A stretch of 63,016 bases of DNA, filler included, from Choristocarpus tenellus KU-1152 (Eukaryota; Protista; Phaeophyceae), in the NCBI GenBank assembly GCA_964200185.2. It is 12 parts of 12 records of this genome, joined end to end, with 100 filler letters (N's around TTAATTAATTAA, not from the genome) between each part and the next. Parts side by side here need not be neighbours in the genome. Positions count along the whole stretch, not along the records: positions 8,655 to 14,910 come from CAXNAD020008557.1; positions 15,011 to 17,806 come from CAXNAD020024680.1; positions 17,907 to 25,763 come from CAXNAD020005484.1; positions 25,864 to 29,401 come from CAXNAD020019385.1; 8 more parts are not named here. One strand, written 5' to 3'. Below the pieces are notes generated by a model. That model was not told the origin of the DNA, made no database searches, and was given only the letters and a program-made list of their open reading frames with translations. Position 1 is the stretch's first letter. Each line of letters begins with the position of its first letter. This document shows positions 13,595-27,299 of the stretch, piece by piece. The position numbers and the translations under genes are program-made.

Positions 13595-14860
13595 TCTGGA
13601 AGAAGGTTGGTGTGGAGCTTTCCATAGGTGGAAGAATCAGAAAATGAAAGAGTAGACGAAATTTTCCATCTACGGAACCATACAACTCTGTTGATCACCA
13701 TCTCCTAGCGGTTGTCCTGTCCAATTTTGGCATGCCTATGAAGATGATTTCTGTCATCTGCTAATTCCATGTTGGAATGAACGCATGTGTTCGCATGAAT
13801 GATGGCAAGTGCACAGACTGGTTTGAGGTTGACAAGGCCTTTGGCAGGGGTGTCTTCTTGCTCCCATTCTCCTCGATAACTTTACTGTGGTGCTTAGCAT
13901 AGCAGTTAAGGAGTTCACCTCTGACCCATCCATCTTCTAGGGTCTTGTTGTTATCAAGATAGTGGCGACAAACAACCAGCTAGATGAGTCCGAGTACCAT
14001 GAGCGGGATAGGGTGACTCTAGAGTGGTATGCTTTATGGTGATGATGAGGGCATTCTCTTCAAGACACAAGGAGGTTTAGCCAGGATGACGACGGTTATG
14101 GTGAAGGTGACCACATCACTTATCTGACTGTGTCGGCACTAAAGATGTAGACCATGTGTCTCTGGCCTTCAAATAAAGCTGCGGGAACCATGCGGATCCC
14201 GGTGCTAGACCAGACCTACAAGCTCATCATTTCCATTACCTTGGGGGAAGGATAAGTGATAATGCTACTACCACTGCTGATACTAGTCATAGGATTCAGA
14301 AAGCTTGGAATCGTATTCTCAAATACAGCCAAGTTATTTATGACAGGACCTCAGGTGTATCACTTGAGCTTAAGGTTGGAACGATCAAGACTCCGACGCT
14401 TGAATTTATGTTATGTTGTTGTATAAAATTGACACTCCACCATGTTCATTTTCTTAAGCGCCACTCTTATCATCACAAATTCCTCTTCTGGTGTATCGAA
14501 TTCCACGACAAACGGGAATGCACCGATCAGGTCTGCTTGTCCTACAAAGATGGTCTTATGAAGACGTGAGAGTATGGAGGCAACTGTTTGCAAGTGAAGG
14601 CTCCTATTTGCTGAGCCAGTTGCACATATGGAGGATGAGCGACTTTTCAGGGTGTTAATGTTGAGGAGGTTGCGACTGGAAAGCGGAAGGAATGCGCAAT
14701 AGAGAAAAACAGATGGATATGGCTCCAAGATCACCTTGACAAGTTTTGTGTTGCAGTTGTGGGATATAGTACCAGGGTTACTAACCAAGAGAAATGGAAT
14801 GAAAGTGCGGCTGCCGTCGCAACAAGCTTCATAGCAGAGTGGTTGTTAAGAATATGCTTT
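13595..14860 (+). pseudogene. Decayed non-LTR retrotransposon (RTE-like) reverse transcriptase
   Basis: Frameshifted motifs PYNSVDHHLLAVVLSNFGMPMKMISVI.FHVGMNACVRMNDGKCTDWFEV, GMLYGDDEGI (YADD box, ~14025-14056), HRIQKAWNRILKYSQVIYDR...LELKV and MEATVCK*RLLFAEPVAHMEDERL. Confidence 0.85.
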
Positions 14861-15197
14861 TTATTCATGTGTAAAATATGATTCTGTGGGAGAAACATTG
14901 AGTTGTTGAANNNNNNNNNNNNNNNNNNNNNNNNNNNNNNNNNNNNNNNNNNNNTTAATTAATTAANNNNNNNNNNNNNNNNNNNNNNNNNNNNNNNNNN
15001 NNNNNNNNNNGAGGGGGGGGGGGGGGGGGGGGGGAGCAGGCATCACTCTCAACCTTCCCATGCAGAAAAAAAACAAAAAATTAGATACACACACATTTCC
15101 TAATTTTCTTTAATTTTTCTTTCTCATATACTTGCTTATTTTTTCATTTATTCAAACCACTATATATATATATAACAATGAAGACAACGGTTCACAC

Positions 15198-15367
15198 CTG
15201 TCCCAACCACTTGGCGAGAAGAGAGTCACTACGCTTGATCACCGCCTCCCTGAGGCCATCGAGAACCCTCCTCATGAATCGCAGTCGACGACGAACAACA
15301 AAGCCCCTAGCCAACCGCTGCAACACTACTGCATGCTTCTCCAAAACCTGTCATGTCACACAGTCAG

Positions 15368-15441
<74 letters not shown>

Positions 15442-17386
15442 GGGGGGTTGGGAGGTAGGGGAGATAGAACTCCAAGAGTGTCCGACACACGCCTTCCTAT
15501 GCATCTGAGATATACATCTGAGACATACTAAATAGGTCTTGTGTTACAACAACAGGGGGGAGAAGGTAGGTAGGTAGGTAGGTAGGTAGGTGCCTGAGCT
15601 TTCTAGGTTATTTATTAGGATAGATGGACTTCTCAAATCAGACAAGTGTAGACGCTTGTTACGGAGGTGTAGATGTATGTCCCTTCCACTTCTCACTTCC
15701 TACTTTATACTTAGAAAAAAAATTAATGTATATATTCTAGACTCATTTTTTTATTTTTTTAAAAGTGCAGGTCAGTAGTAATTTCATTAAAAAGAAAATA
15801 TATATATATATATATTGAAGGGAAGGTTGAGCATGTTGGTAGCGGAATGATGTACTCACTCAAGAGATGATTGCACGCTGTTAAAAATATAATAATAATA
15901 ATAATAATCGTACCCTTCAACTTGTGAGAGTGACAAGGAATACATGCATACACATACTTACAATTGTCACTGTAGAAACAGGAAATTCATGCCTTCTAAT
16001 ATATATATATGTATATGATGTACAGGACACAAAAACAGTGATTGGTGATAGCCATGATACCCAAGTCTCATCCGATTTTCACACCACTTGTTTTGATTAT
16101 TATTATTAAAAAAAAATGAAAGAAGTACACCAAAAAATCTTTTAACATGTTGAAAAAAAATCTCAGGTACAAAAGTCCATACACAATGCGTTCTATTAAA
16201 AAAAAAACCCTTCTTGCCTTCTCCCTGGCGATATCCAGCTGAGACGCCTGCTCATTCTTCATGAGAATCTTGCTGTGACCCTTAGCATACCTCTCATTCT
16301 GCAGGTGACCCTGAAACAACAAGCACGTATCAAGCAGGTTGAACAATCAAGATGTTGAGAGGGGGGGAGTAGTTGGGGTTGGGGTTAGGGTTAGGGATCA
16401 TGTGATCGTTCGACAAACCCGCATTTCGTGTAGGAAACCCCTTGGGGATAAATACATACACAGTAAATCGCCCAAATAATCAATAACTCAAAGCACATAT
16501 GAACCTCCCTGCTCAAAATGAAAAACTCCAAATTTAAACCCAAAAAAATTCTTTGAGATGACCTACTTCAATAAAAAAACCCCAACTGCAATGCCCTAAA
16601 AAAACAAAACAGATCTCCACTCAGTCGAAGGGGTCCCCCATTATAAAAAAAACACAAAACACAATACTCAGCACCAATCTCACCCTAACCCTAACCCTAC
16701 AGTGGAGTATTTCATCTGCAATAAAACTAACAAAAGTACAAAATAATCCTTAAGTACAAGTACAAGTACACATTTTAAGTTGAGACAAAAAATATCCATG
16801 TTTTTTTTAACCTCAGAGGTGGGGGACGAGTGCGTTTGTCTCACTCTTCAATGTAAGGGGGGCCAAGCCAATGTTGTTGCACCTCAACAACATAACACCC
16901 TATTTCAACTCCGACAGGAGCTAGCAGATGCAGTAGGCGTGTTAGGAAATCAGAGGTGATGTCTTTCTCCCCATGACACAAAAACCCTCCCCAAAAGCAT
17001 CCAATCCAAAATTGAGCCATAAAAAAAAGGTTTCATTTTGTGATCAACACCACTACCCACTGCCTTCTCACCATTCACGCCTACATTCACAAACATACAA
17101 AAACCTACATATCAAGAATCACACCTATGTTGTCTATGTTGTAGGTGTCACTCAATGCTCTGATCATGAAGCTAAGAGTCTTCTCAACACATTTTTGACA
17201 CACCCATGAACATAGACACTTTAAATGCACACAGACACTTTAAATGCACATAGACACTTTAAATGCACATAGAACGCCGTACCTTAGAAAGGAGGATGGA
17301 GAGAAGTTCATCGATGTCCCTTGCCGAAGGCACAATGGCCAAGTACCTGAGGTAAAACTCATGAAACGATCGCCGGATCGGGAAAC
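15198..17386 (-). CDS. Myosin heavy chain, internal exons (motor end, converter, IQ motif); exons 17386-17283, 16310-16218, 15347-15198
   Basis: GFPIRRSFHEFYLRYLAI / GHLQNERYAKGHSKILMKNEQASQLDIAREK / VLEKHAVVLQRLARGFVVRRR. The phases are compatible, and the second intron has an AAG|GCAAG donor. Confidence 0.88.
17210..17273 (+). repeat. 19-bp minisatellite x3 (catagacactttaaatgca) in a myosin intron
   Basis: Directly visible tandem copies. Confidence 0.9.
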
Positions 17387-17906
17387 CTGTACATTAAAAA
17401 CAAATAAATAAATACAAAACAAAACATAACGTAGGAGATGGAGAACAAAGTCAAAACAGATTTTATATATTTTCAAAAAATGAAAAATATTTAAACCTTT
17501 TTTTTCAAAACTGGAGAGACCAAGACTATAAAAAAAAAAAAAAAAAAAATTGAATGCGAAAAAATCAAGAACGAGTACTACCAGTAACCCTAACCCTAAC
17601 CCTAATGACATTCCTATCCAAAGTAAAACCACCCGGTCAGGGTTAGGGTTACTTCTGATACATAAAAAAAAAATACAAAAATGGGATGAGTGGAAAAAGG
17701 ACTGGCTGAAAGAAACATTAAAGCCATACCCAACACAATCAAAACAAAAAAAATCTGTACCACCCCTTCCCCCCCCCCCCCCCCACCCCCCCCACCACCG
17801 CCCCACNNNNNNNNNNNNNNNNNNNNNNNNNNNNNNNNNNNNNNNNNNNNTTAATTAATTAANNNNNNNNNNNNNNNNNNNNNNNNNNNNNNNNNNNNNN
17901 NNNNNN

Positions 17907-17951
17907 GACACCCTGGTGTAGACCCCCTCACCCCCCCAGATACTTTGGGCC
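17907..17951 (-). mobile_element. MITE family A terminus (contig start)
   Basis: gacaccctggtgtagacc-C tract-agatactttgggcc. Confidence 0.85.
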
Positions 17952-18673
17952 TTGGAGATATGCCCAGCTTTCAATGCAGAGCCATAAGATGCTACAGTGT
18001 TCAAACACTTTGGGTGCATGGCGTGCTTAATCCTACTGGATCCTTTCTGCACTATGCCAGACGAGATCAAAGGGACTTATGCTTAAGCTTTCAACCAGCC
18101 TTGCAAATTACCTTTCATAATCTGCATATTGAGGGTCAGATATGAGTTTATTTATCGTTCAGTTAGATTGAAATGTGTTTAATATTGTCAGCCAGCTAGG
18201 ACAAGCACTTTGGGATATCTAATGCTTCGTTCGTTCAGGAAAATACATTGAAGTTGTGGTGTCCCAAAACTCGGAACATATGTGAAGCCAAATCCAGAGC
18301 AGAACATCGCTGCCTAAGTGGTACCAAAAACCCGAGCAAGTTCTGCTCAACAACAACAGATCTGAAATAGGAATATTATATTCAACAATTACCTCTTCTA
18401 GGGGTCCGCTGACAACTTCTAAAAACAATGCAGTATCTTGAAGTATGACGCTCACAACAATCAGGTACTTTAGTACTCAAGGAGTTCTTCATTAATCCAC
18501 TTTAACAAAACTAATATCTTGGTTCATGACATTGACATAGGCAAAAATGGCTACCATTTCTTCTCCATGTATTGTTGATCAGAAAACATATTAATTTATT
18601 CACACCATCACTTCCATCACTTCCACCACTAGCTACACTGCCAACAGGAAAAAACACCCAATGCCTTCCGCAC

Positions 18674-21600
18674 CTCTTGAGGGATTCCTCCCAAAGGTGA
18701 GGATGACCAACACCATCCATCTTGTCCAAGCACCTTTCTGCACCTTCTGGTTTTGTCAGTGTGCTTTGTGCGTCTCCTAACCCTACACCCCATCCTCTTT
18801 GCATGGGGTGAGGTCCAGAATCTAACACCCCCATACCATGCTCTGGGGCACGCCTTGTTCGGCGTCGGTCGCCCCTCACGCCCCATCCATGCTGCTTCAT
18901 GAGTGACTCAATGACTGTGACCCACAGGAGGCGCTGCTGAGCATCAGGAGCATTGAGCTTGTATGTCTTGGTGGTGACAACACGGTGTTCATCACCAGGT
19001 CGTATGTGGACTCCAGGGAATCGCCCCTCGCCCCTATGCCGTACAATGAGATCAAAGCGGCACCCCTTGTATTTCTTGTCAGATGGCTGTTCGATGGCAT
19101 TCACCAGGCGCAGTGGGATAGCTCCACGCTCAACAAGGGGTATGCGTCCCCAGGCCGCATCTGTGTGTGTTCGGTAGTAGCGTAGCTCACAGGTACCTGC
19201 ATACAGCACAAAGTACCGCTGATGCCATCGAACACCCTTGATGGAGTCAGGACTAAACTTCTCGAGGTATCCCTCCAGTAGGATGCCCTGTTTTGTTGAG
19301 TGTAAAGTCTCAGAGACACCTGCTTTGAACAATGCCTCAGTGAAGGGGAGATTCTGCCCGGAGAGCTGTGCCGTTGATGACAAGTCCTTTGTTATACTTA
19401 GCGAGCCTTTCCGTCGTCCAGCATTGTTGTTCCCTTCTTCCCCAGCGCTTGGGGTAAGGCCACTAGTTTGTGGAAGGAAATCTGGTCCGGTGGCACTCAT
19501 CTCACGCTCCATCTGACTGCGTGCTCCAATGTATGAGTCAACCACCTCTCGGAGATTCCTGATGTCAGGATGAGTGCTGCAATTAAAAGAAGCAAATGTA
19601 TCTGTCCCTGACAAGGTGTCTTCAAGTCCATCACTGAACTCTTCATTGTCATCATGCTCTGGTGTTAGGTCATTCCTCAGATGTTGATGTCGACAGCTTT
19701 TTTGCCTTCTACGGTGATGCCCTAACCCTAACCCATCAACTAAATCATCTTTGCTGGTGGAGTATGTGTCTTCACTTTTAGTTGTCTGTGCTTCAGCCTT
19801 CCTGTCCGGTGCCTGACAATCTGAGCCCTGCATTTTTTTGTTGCGCCCACCAATGCCCATCACCGCCCCTCTCAGACTCATGCCAAATCTTGTGGCCAGA
19901 CTAGGTGAACGTGGTGATGGTGACTGTGATGTGCCAGCATTGCTTGGGGTGTCACATTGTTCACGAGCCCAACCTTTACTCAAGTCTTGACCCTGACCCT
20001 TACCCAAACCCCGACTACGACCTAAGCCACGGCCTCTGGTCTCATGCTTAGCACCACTCTCCCCCTTCCCCTCTAGGATTCCTTCTGACATATCTATGCC
20101 CTGCTCCTCATCAAAATCCTTCTTGAGCTGGTTTCCTTGGAATGCAGTCTGTTCCACCTCTGGACTTTCCTCCTCTCTCACGGTCAAGTCAGTGCCAGAA
20201 GACTTTGGTGTGGTTTGCCTTCTTTCTATCCCAGAGTCACTCCCAGTGCCAGGTGCCAGCATCGAAGTACTCACAGCTGTGGAGTCCTGTGGACTGGTAT
20301 ATTCATCACTATTCTCTCCTCCGCTGGTTGTCTCTCCTATGTTGCTTCCTCTGCTCCCCTTCCTTTGAAACATCTGTTGCATTAGATTAAGACGAATACA
20401 TTCAATTTTATCAAGGCGCAGAAATGAAAATGTGCATATACTTTTCACTAGGGTGATATATTCCATGGTGAATCTGGAGGACATTAAGATATGCTGTTCA
20501 CAGGTCAATCTGGCAAGCCAATTTTCCTCATCACAAAGTACTGAAACATGTATTGCCTCTGTATATACGTACAGGGCACATACACATCGTTTTCAACAAG
20601 AAACATCTTTAGAATCCTGCGGGGTACCTACTTAGGTCGGAGGAACAAAGACCCTAGATGGATACATATTTTGAAGTCGTAAACTTTATAGATTATTTCC
20701 AAAAATGCAAAGCACTACTTCATGAAGTGAGTGAAGCGAATATCCTTTATTCTTATCAGCCAAAAAGAGGCCAGCAAGGGCCTTAGTTTTTCATGAATAA
20801 TCTCTCAAGGAAATGTATGGATATTAGAGCAGTAGGTAGCTGGGATTGCATGCGCATAGAGTACCATGGAACCAAGTATATCTTGAAAAAAAACATGAAA
20901 ACCACAGGCCTGCTCTGCACAAACAAAAATTGTCATATTACATCGCAAATGCATATTTCCAACAAATGCTCTTCTTTGACTTGCAATGTGAAATATCTCA
21001 TGTGCCTGAAGTATGGTAGGTGGATGAAAAGAGAGTGTATAGACAAAAGAATATGCCATTTTTGCAGTGTTTTGGATCACCGGTAGTTTCCTCACCGTCT
21101 TCAACAAACCAAGTGTTCGATTTGTCTTCACCCTAGCAGGTGATGTACTACCTAGTGGTGATAGGGAGTTCTCCCTCGGCTCGGTTTCAGCTTTATCAAG
21201 AGGTGTTGAGACAATCGAGTCCTCATTGCTCTCATGCAACTCTGAGCACTCTTTGGGTTCAGACTGAGCGGATCTTGTTGAAGAAGATGACGGACTAGCC
21301 AGCATGTTTCCTGTGATCCTGTTTTCCTTAAGTACTGTATTGGAAGACCCCAGTTGTCTTGTGTCTGTAATCTCGTGGATGTCCTTTATCTTTCGGCTTT
21401 CATCATCCGAAACCTCGCTGGGGTCTGGTGACATGTCCCCGTGGGGTTTGGTTTCCTTGATCATAGGTCTCGACTTATCTGTTGTATCCACGGTGTCATC
21501 AACTGTGAATAGGCTCAAGTCATTTGGGTGAACATTTTTTTCAGTTGTACCATCTTCCATTTTAACTTCGAACGTTCCTTTGGCCCCACTGGCCCCCAGG

Positions 21601-22329
21601 ACTGTCCCACGACCCCTTCCCCTAGAGTGAAGATTAATGCTAACCTTAGCCCCTTCTCGGAAATGAAGCTTGTTCCTCAGAGTTGTAGAAATTCGTCCTA
21701 CCATTGTACTTTCGTGGATCCCAGAAATCGCCTTGCGGATATCAACCTCATGTTCTTCGCCTTCGTTGTCACTCTTGTCGTATTGGCTCTCGATCTTCTC
21801 ATTCATCGGTTTATCCCCCTTTCTGTAGACGTCCCCCCAAGGCACAAAATCCTCTTCTTCATCATCAGCCTGCTCCTCCTCGTCGCCTTCTTCTTCATCT
21901 GACTCAAAGCTGTCCCTGAGGTTCAAAACAGTACGGAACAAAGCCGGAAACTAAGTGGGTTAAGATATTTTACTGGCATCGTGTCCATACTACTGCAGAG
22001 CCTATAATGAAGCCACCCAATCTCTCCTTCAATACCATAGACAAGGTCGAAATTGAACTGAGTTGAAATGAACGTAATAATCGTAATCGATTTGCTACAA
22101 CATCTTCTCTCAGGTCACGTATATGGTGCAATAATAGGCCTTCTAAGGTGGTGCAGTGTCCAAGGGCTCTATCTTACCACACTCTTCCAGCAACTGGAAC
22201 CTTTTTCTTGCCCTTGTTCTCTCTTTTTTCTGGTCGTGTTTCTAGTTGTCTACCCGCCTTCAAAGACATACCCGATGTCCTCGACCCAATGCCTGTCGGT
22301 GACCTTGACGTTTTCAAAGGCTTGTTCAT
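18674..22329 (-). CDS. PH-domain protein with long low-complexity regions; exons 22329-22178, 21915-21096, 20373-~18674 (3' end uncertain, ORF stop at 18511)
   Basis: Long ORFs of 378 and 665 aa joined by phase-compatible GT-AG introns. PH domain LLEGYLEKFSP...RWHQRYFVLY...ELRYY...RGAIPL...CRFDLIV...KTYKLNAPDAQQRLLWVTVIESL at ~19290-18900. Exon 2 holds a small beta-barrel-like segment (FREGAKVSINL...GTFEVKMEDG). Confidence 0.85.
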
Positions 22330-25300
22330 CACGACGGATAAAACTCTACGTCGCAGATGCTCTTCCTAGTAGGTTGGGCTTCCCCGAGAGGTGATTCTAC
22401 GTAAGTTCGTCAAGGCTAATTGCCAAGGCTACACTCGTTTAATGCATCTGCTCGATCTCAGAGGATAAATCAATTTTGCCTGTTCGTCAAACAGCTCTGA
22501 CTACCTCAATCTCGTCTCAACCCACTTCGTCCAGATCCTCTACTAAGAATGCGCAAACTGGTGTTCTTGGGTCGAGCCCTTTTGTACGTAGTATGTAGCG
22601 TGCAACGCAATATTTTGTTAACGGTTTCACGATTTGAAAGGAAAATACCAAAAACATTGTAGTGGGAATAAAAACCAATAGAGCTTCCAAAAGATGCATC
22701 ACCATATCACCATATATCTATCAAAGTTGATTAAAGGTTGCCGATGTTCATGGATGGTGCTGCTGATAGACTATATCATCATACCACTGATGGAATATAT
22801 TAGGAAAGGTAGAGTCAGTTGTGAGTTTCAATATATACGGTTTTCAATTCAGCTCTATCCCCCGTTGATGTATTGAAGGGACCTGGTATTAGATTGCCCG
22901 TTCATGTATCATATGGTGCTTGTGATTCAGTGATAGCATAGCATTCATTTTTGGTTATCTATTTGGAACATAGCAAATCCCACATGGTCTCACCCAAACT
23001 ACTTCAGTCAATGGAATAGAGTCCACGAGCTCCTTACAACACTAACATGATATATTCACACCAAGTCCCATATTGTTCTCATGGAAATTTGTTCTCGGCA
23101 CAGACATGGGGGCTTTTTTTGCTCTTTGTTCTACCAAGGCGCACGATTGATCATCTTAACCGCAGGTCCAGTGTGGAATGCTTCAACAGTTGATAGGGAC
23201 GTTTGGTGATGTCATTGTTGCTACCATTGTACTATATGTTATTATGCTCTCTGACATTTTGCAGACGTGTCAGGGAAAAAGACAAACCGATATTACAAGG
23301 ACCCCTGTAAATGTAATAGTTGTCGTACATGTAAAAGATATCTCTCCAAAAACTATTTCTATTTGAGTACCATATTTTCTATAACTCCCTAAAAAGGTCG
23401 AGATTACAATGATATGTGTACACTGGTGTGTGCTATGCCTCAACCTTGCTTTGCCCTACACAACTGGGCGAGGAGGTAGGGAAGCATAACAAGAATCTGA
23501 CAGGGCCCTCATTGCCCATCCCCCTGATGTCTTCAACTTGAAACGCATGACACATCTTGAGAGGGCTAACATTGTATCCATTGGCATTAGTCTGGAACAA
23601 CCACCTTCATGTCAAGGTATACCTTTTAAAGTTCTGTTCCTATACAAGATATACCTCAAAGTCTGTTACCTCATATGACATAGGCATTGCTTCCTATCGA
23701 CCTCAATACCAGGATGTTGAGTGGAGCTTACAGCTCCCACTCATTCACTTCCCTTGGCAATCTTCTTCTGACTGACCTTCTTAGGTTTGCTTGCCCTTCT
23801 GCATTGTCTCTCTCCTTCCCCTTCCTCCTGTGGGTCTTCCCACCCCCCTTCAGTCTGAAGAATGTGTCTGCCCAGTTTCCACCAGTTTCACAAGTCTGAG
23901 GGTTTCTAAGGCCATAGTCAAAAGGTGGTCAGAGGAACTCAATAATATAAGCAATCATGCTGAAAATACAAGATTTCGGAAGCAGAGGAAAAGGAAAGAG
24001 AAAAACGCGATATACCAAAGAAGGATGACCAAGAGAAACCCAGGCAGGTTGCACAATAATTTATACTAGTACGGTTTTCATTAATAGCACCCAATCTTTT
24101 CCCGCCTTTCCCAAAGTACAATAATATACATTATAGGAATCGTCACAATCTATGTCTTGATCATATAATATGGGGATCATGGGAAGAAGAAAAAGGAAAA
24201 GACAATGCAATACCACAGGTCCATCCAATCACAAATACCACTGATCCCTAACCCTAAAAAGGAAAGAGGGACAAAAGAAGACTAATCAACCCCAAGAGAG
24301 AAAGGCAATGAGAAAAGTAGCATTCAGCAGACAGTGCTGTGTGGGGATATGCCTATGCCTCGATCTGATTGAGCTGCCATACCCGCTGCTTTTGAATATG
24401 ATGCATGTAAGTTATCACCGCTAGTTTGCCTGGAATGCCACATGACCACAAAGCTCATTTTGAAGTCAGTATAAAATATAACGTTTGTGTCGGTTTGTTG
24501 CCCTTGTCCTCCCTCAACCGTGATCTCAAATTTCTCAAGGTTGTCTTGCAGGCACATGCACCAGTTCTCCTCCTGTCCACCTTGTGCCCATTCTATATTC
24601 GGAAGTCCCCCTGAACACTAGCACCTTAGGGAGTCACTCATCCCCCATTCATCCAACTGAGTCTGTGAACAGGAGTTGTGTGAACAGGAGTTTCCGTTTT
24701 TCACATAGTTGTCCTTGATACTGTCGCATCACCATCAGTCTTCACATGACAACGGCATCATCTCTGTTTTGAATGACGTTGAACAATGAGCCAGAGTAAT
24801 GGGGGAATGGGCATTTTCCTTTTTGTGTCGAAAAAATTCAAAATATCTACACGCACGTGTAAAAAATGTAAAATTTTGCACCTCTTTGTCAGCATCCTTA
24901 AATTGCAACTATAGATCGCTCTCATTTACACAGTCTTAATCCGTGCGACGTATGGTATTTTTTTTTCACACCCAGGACGCCAGCATCCAATTACCAGGAC
25001 AACGCTCGGGGGTGAGTTGCACTCTAACGTCAGATAGTGGTCCATGCAACGCCTGAGTCCATTTCTCCTTAACACCGGCTACGTAGCACAAGGCTTACAC
25101 ATAGCATCTGAGTTTCGAACAAACATTCCATTATCTGTCCAGACAATATTTTTTTCATTTGTTTCCTTTCTTTTCCCCAAAGTGACCCACTTCCACATTA
25201 GTACCCTTTCAGCCAGTAGTTTGATCAGCTGAAGCAGAGAGAGTCAGAAATGAAAGAAAGTTAAAAGAAGAAAAAATAGTGAAAAAGGAAACGTACACAG

Positions 25301-25705
25301 ATATTGTACTCAATCCAAACATTCTTCATCCAGCAGATGCCGGATTCCATTTTCTCAGCCATAACCATTGTCCTAGACAATGCCTGGGACCATTTCTTCT
25401 GGAACACCCGTTGCCCTGGACAGCAAATCAGGGTCATCTCCTCTGTAACATCTGTGTTTGTTAAACCCATGAGTCAACTCAATCTGTCGAGTTCATTAAC
25501 AAGGGCAATGCTTGAAATAATTTGCTCTGAAATGTAAAGTGCAAGGACCAAGCACACAAGAAGATCCTGCAGGAAGCCAGACCTCAGAGAGAAAGGAAGC
25601 ATATTCTTTGCCACATGCTTGCGTGTGGCACAGGTGTGAACACAGAAACACAAATATAGCACAGACCACACTCTCGCTGTAATCCCTCTGGTTGAGTTGA
25701 ATAGA

Positions 25706-25763
25706 GAGCCCAAGTATCTTAGAGGGTAGAGCCGCGTCCATTTGGGGTTCAAAATCCAATGTT
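25706..25763 (+). mobile_element. MITE family B, partial (contig end)
   Basis: gagcccaagtatcttagagggtagagccgcgtccatttgggg... Confidence 0.88.
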
Positions 25764-25949
25764 NNNNNNNNNNNNNNNNNNNNNNNNNNNNNNNNNNNNN
25801 NNNNNNNTTAATTAATTAANNNNNNNNNNNNNNNNNNNNNNNNNNNNNNNNNNNNNNNNNNNNCCCCTCCCAGTGCTCCCGTCGTTTGTGAGCAAGCGAC
25901 AGGGTGGGTGGGCGGGAGAACTTTCTCGGAGGTTGCCTCGGTCTCCCCT

Positions 25950-26190
25950 CCTCGTCCTGTTGTACCCCTGGTTCTCTTCCCTTTTATCAATCACTGAATG
26001 CTGTTTCCCCCTTTTTGTACCACTCCTTTCCTTTAACCTTCTCTTCCCTTCCTTAACTATTTGTTCTCTTCCTGCTGCTTCCTTCTTTTTCTTTCCCCTG
26101 CCCACGCTTGTCCTGTGCCCCCAGCCAACCAGAATTCTTCCGCCCACAAAACTCAGATTACTTCATAAACTCTTACTTTTTTACAAATGC
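25950..26190 (+). repeat. Dispersed repeat E (element end), shared with 32742-32930
   Basis: ccaaccagaattct(t/c)ccgcccacaaaactcag(a/t)ttacttcataaactct occurs near the start of two different contigs, preceded by similar pyrimidine-rich sequence. Confidence 0.8.
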
Positions 26191-27299
26191 GTATAGGATA
26201 TTTTCCGAATTGTGTCGAAACGTTTCAAACCATAGTGAAATCAACCCTCTCAAAAGTCAAACTTAACACTCTCTTTCATAGAAAAATGTGGGTGAACTGC
26301 AAAAGATTGAAAAATTGGCGTATAATCCAAAATGAACAAAAACTGGGAACCTCTCGTTTACTTTGATTCAATGGTCCTGTGTGTCCTTGGTGCTTTGTGG
26401 TTAGGGCAGTGACCTGCATGAACTTAGCGGGTTGGAGGTTCTTGGACGTGAGTCCAACTGAGACGTAGCAGGGTTGCATTTCAAGGATCCTGAGAAAGGG
26501 TGAAAATATTCCAATCTGTACAATTGAAGAAAGTGCCTTATCTGAATTGTGGTATCACTTTTGTGCGTGGAAAGGGGGAATAACAATCTTGTGTATACCA
26601 TTGTGTGTACAAAAACCAAAGAAATCGAGTGTTGTACTACTGCACAGGGTAAGAAAGGTGGCCTAGAGTGCAGAAGGGTCTACCTACCTACTACCTCTCA
26701 AATGATTTTGCTCACATCAGACTTATTTGAATGAAAATCTGGTTTCGACAATACTATTTCACATGGGAACTATAATAACGGACAGTACAGGTCAGTGCTA
26801 TACTACTACAAGAAATACGCCAGATCATACTGCTAACCTACTATCCCAACGCCACCTTGGCATCACGACTAATTAATGCATTGGCTCGGTTACTGCCTTC
26901 CTTCTCGCACATTGGGCTCAGCACTGCCAAGGTCGTCGCTCCGTCTCCTCCCTCAAATGTTCTACTCGACCTGCCCCAAAGTTTTGCCACCTTGACATGG
27001 GAATTTTAACTGCTTAAGGGTCTATCATTCCCACCTCATTCTGTGAAATAAAATAATGGTGATGAATGAAGGAACCATAATCTAAGAAAAACAAAATGCA
27101 CACTTCTTTGTTTTTGAAGACATTTTTCTTTCCTTTATTTCCTTATATTCTATTCTTTCCGCGTATTTTCCCGAAAAAGAAACCTTCAAAGAAAAGATTT
27201 ATACCTTACTTTATTTATACATTTTTAGGGTTGGGACTACTTACTGTTGTGGGCGAGAAGGAGCAACCTGTCCCCCTGTCAATTCTCATTGTCTCTCGG

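Noticed and set aside
17240-17858. 188-aa and 102-aa ORFs with LGLG/NPNP runs
   Set aside because: They come from low-complexity intronic sequence and telomeric tracts. The real exon here is the myosin exon in another frame.
25290-25540. Aldehyde dehydrogenase C-terminal-like text (SRTMVMAEKMESGICWM) on the minus strand
   Set aside because: It is a single short resemblance with a stop nearby and no supporting exons.
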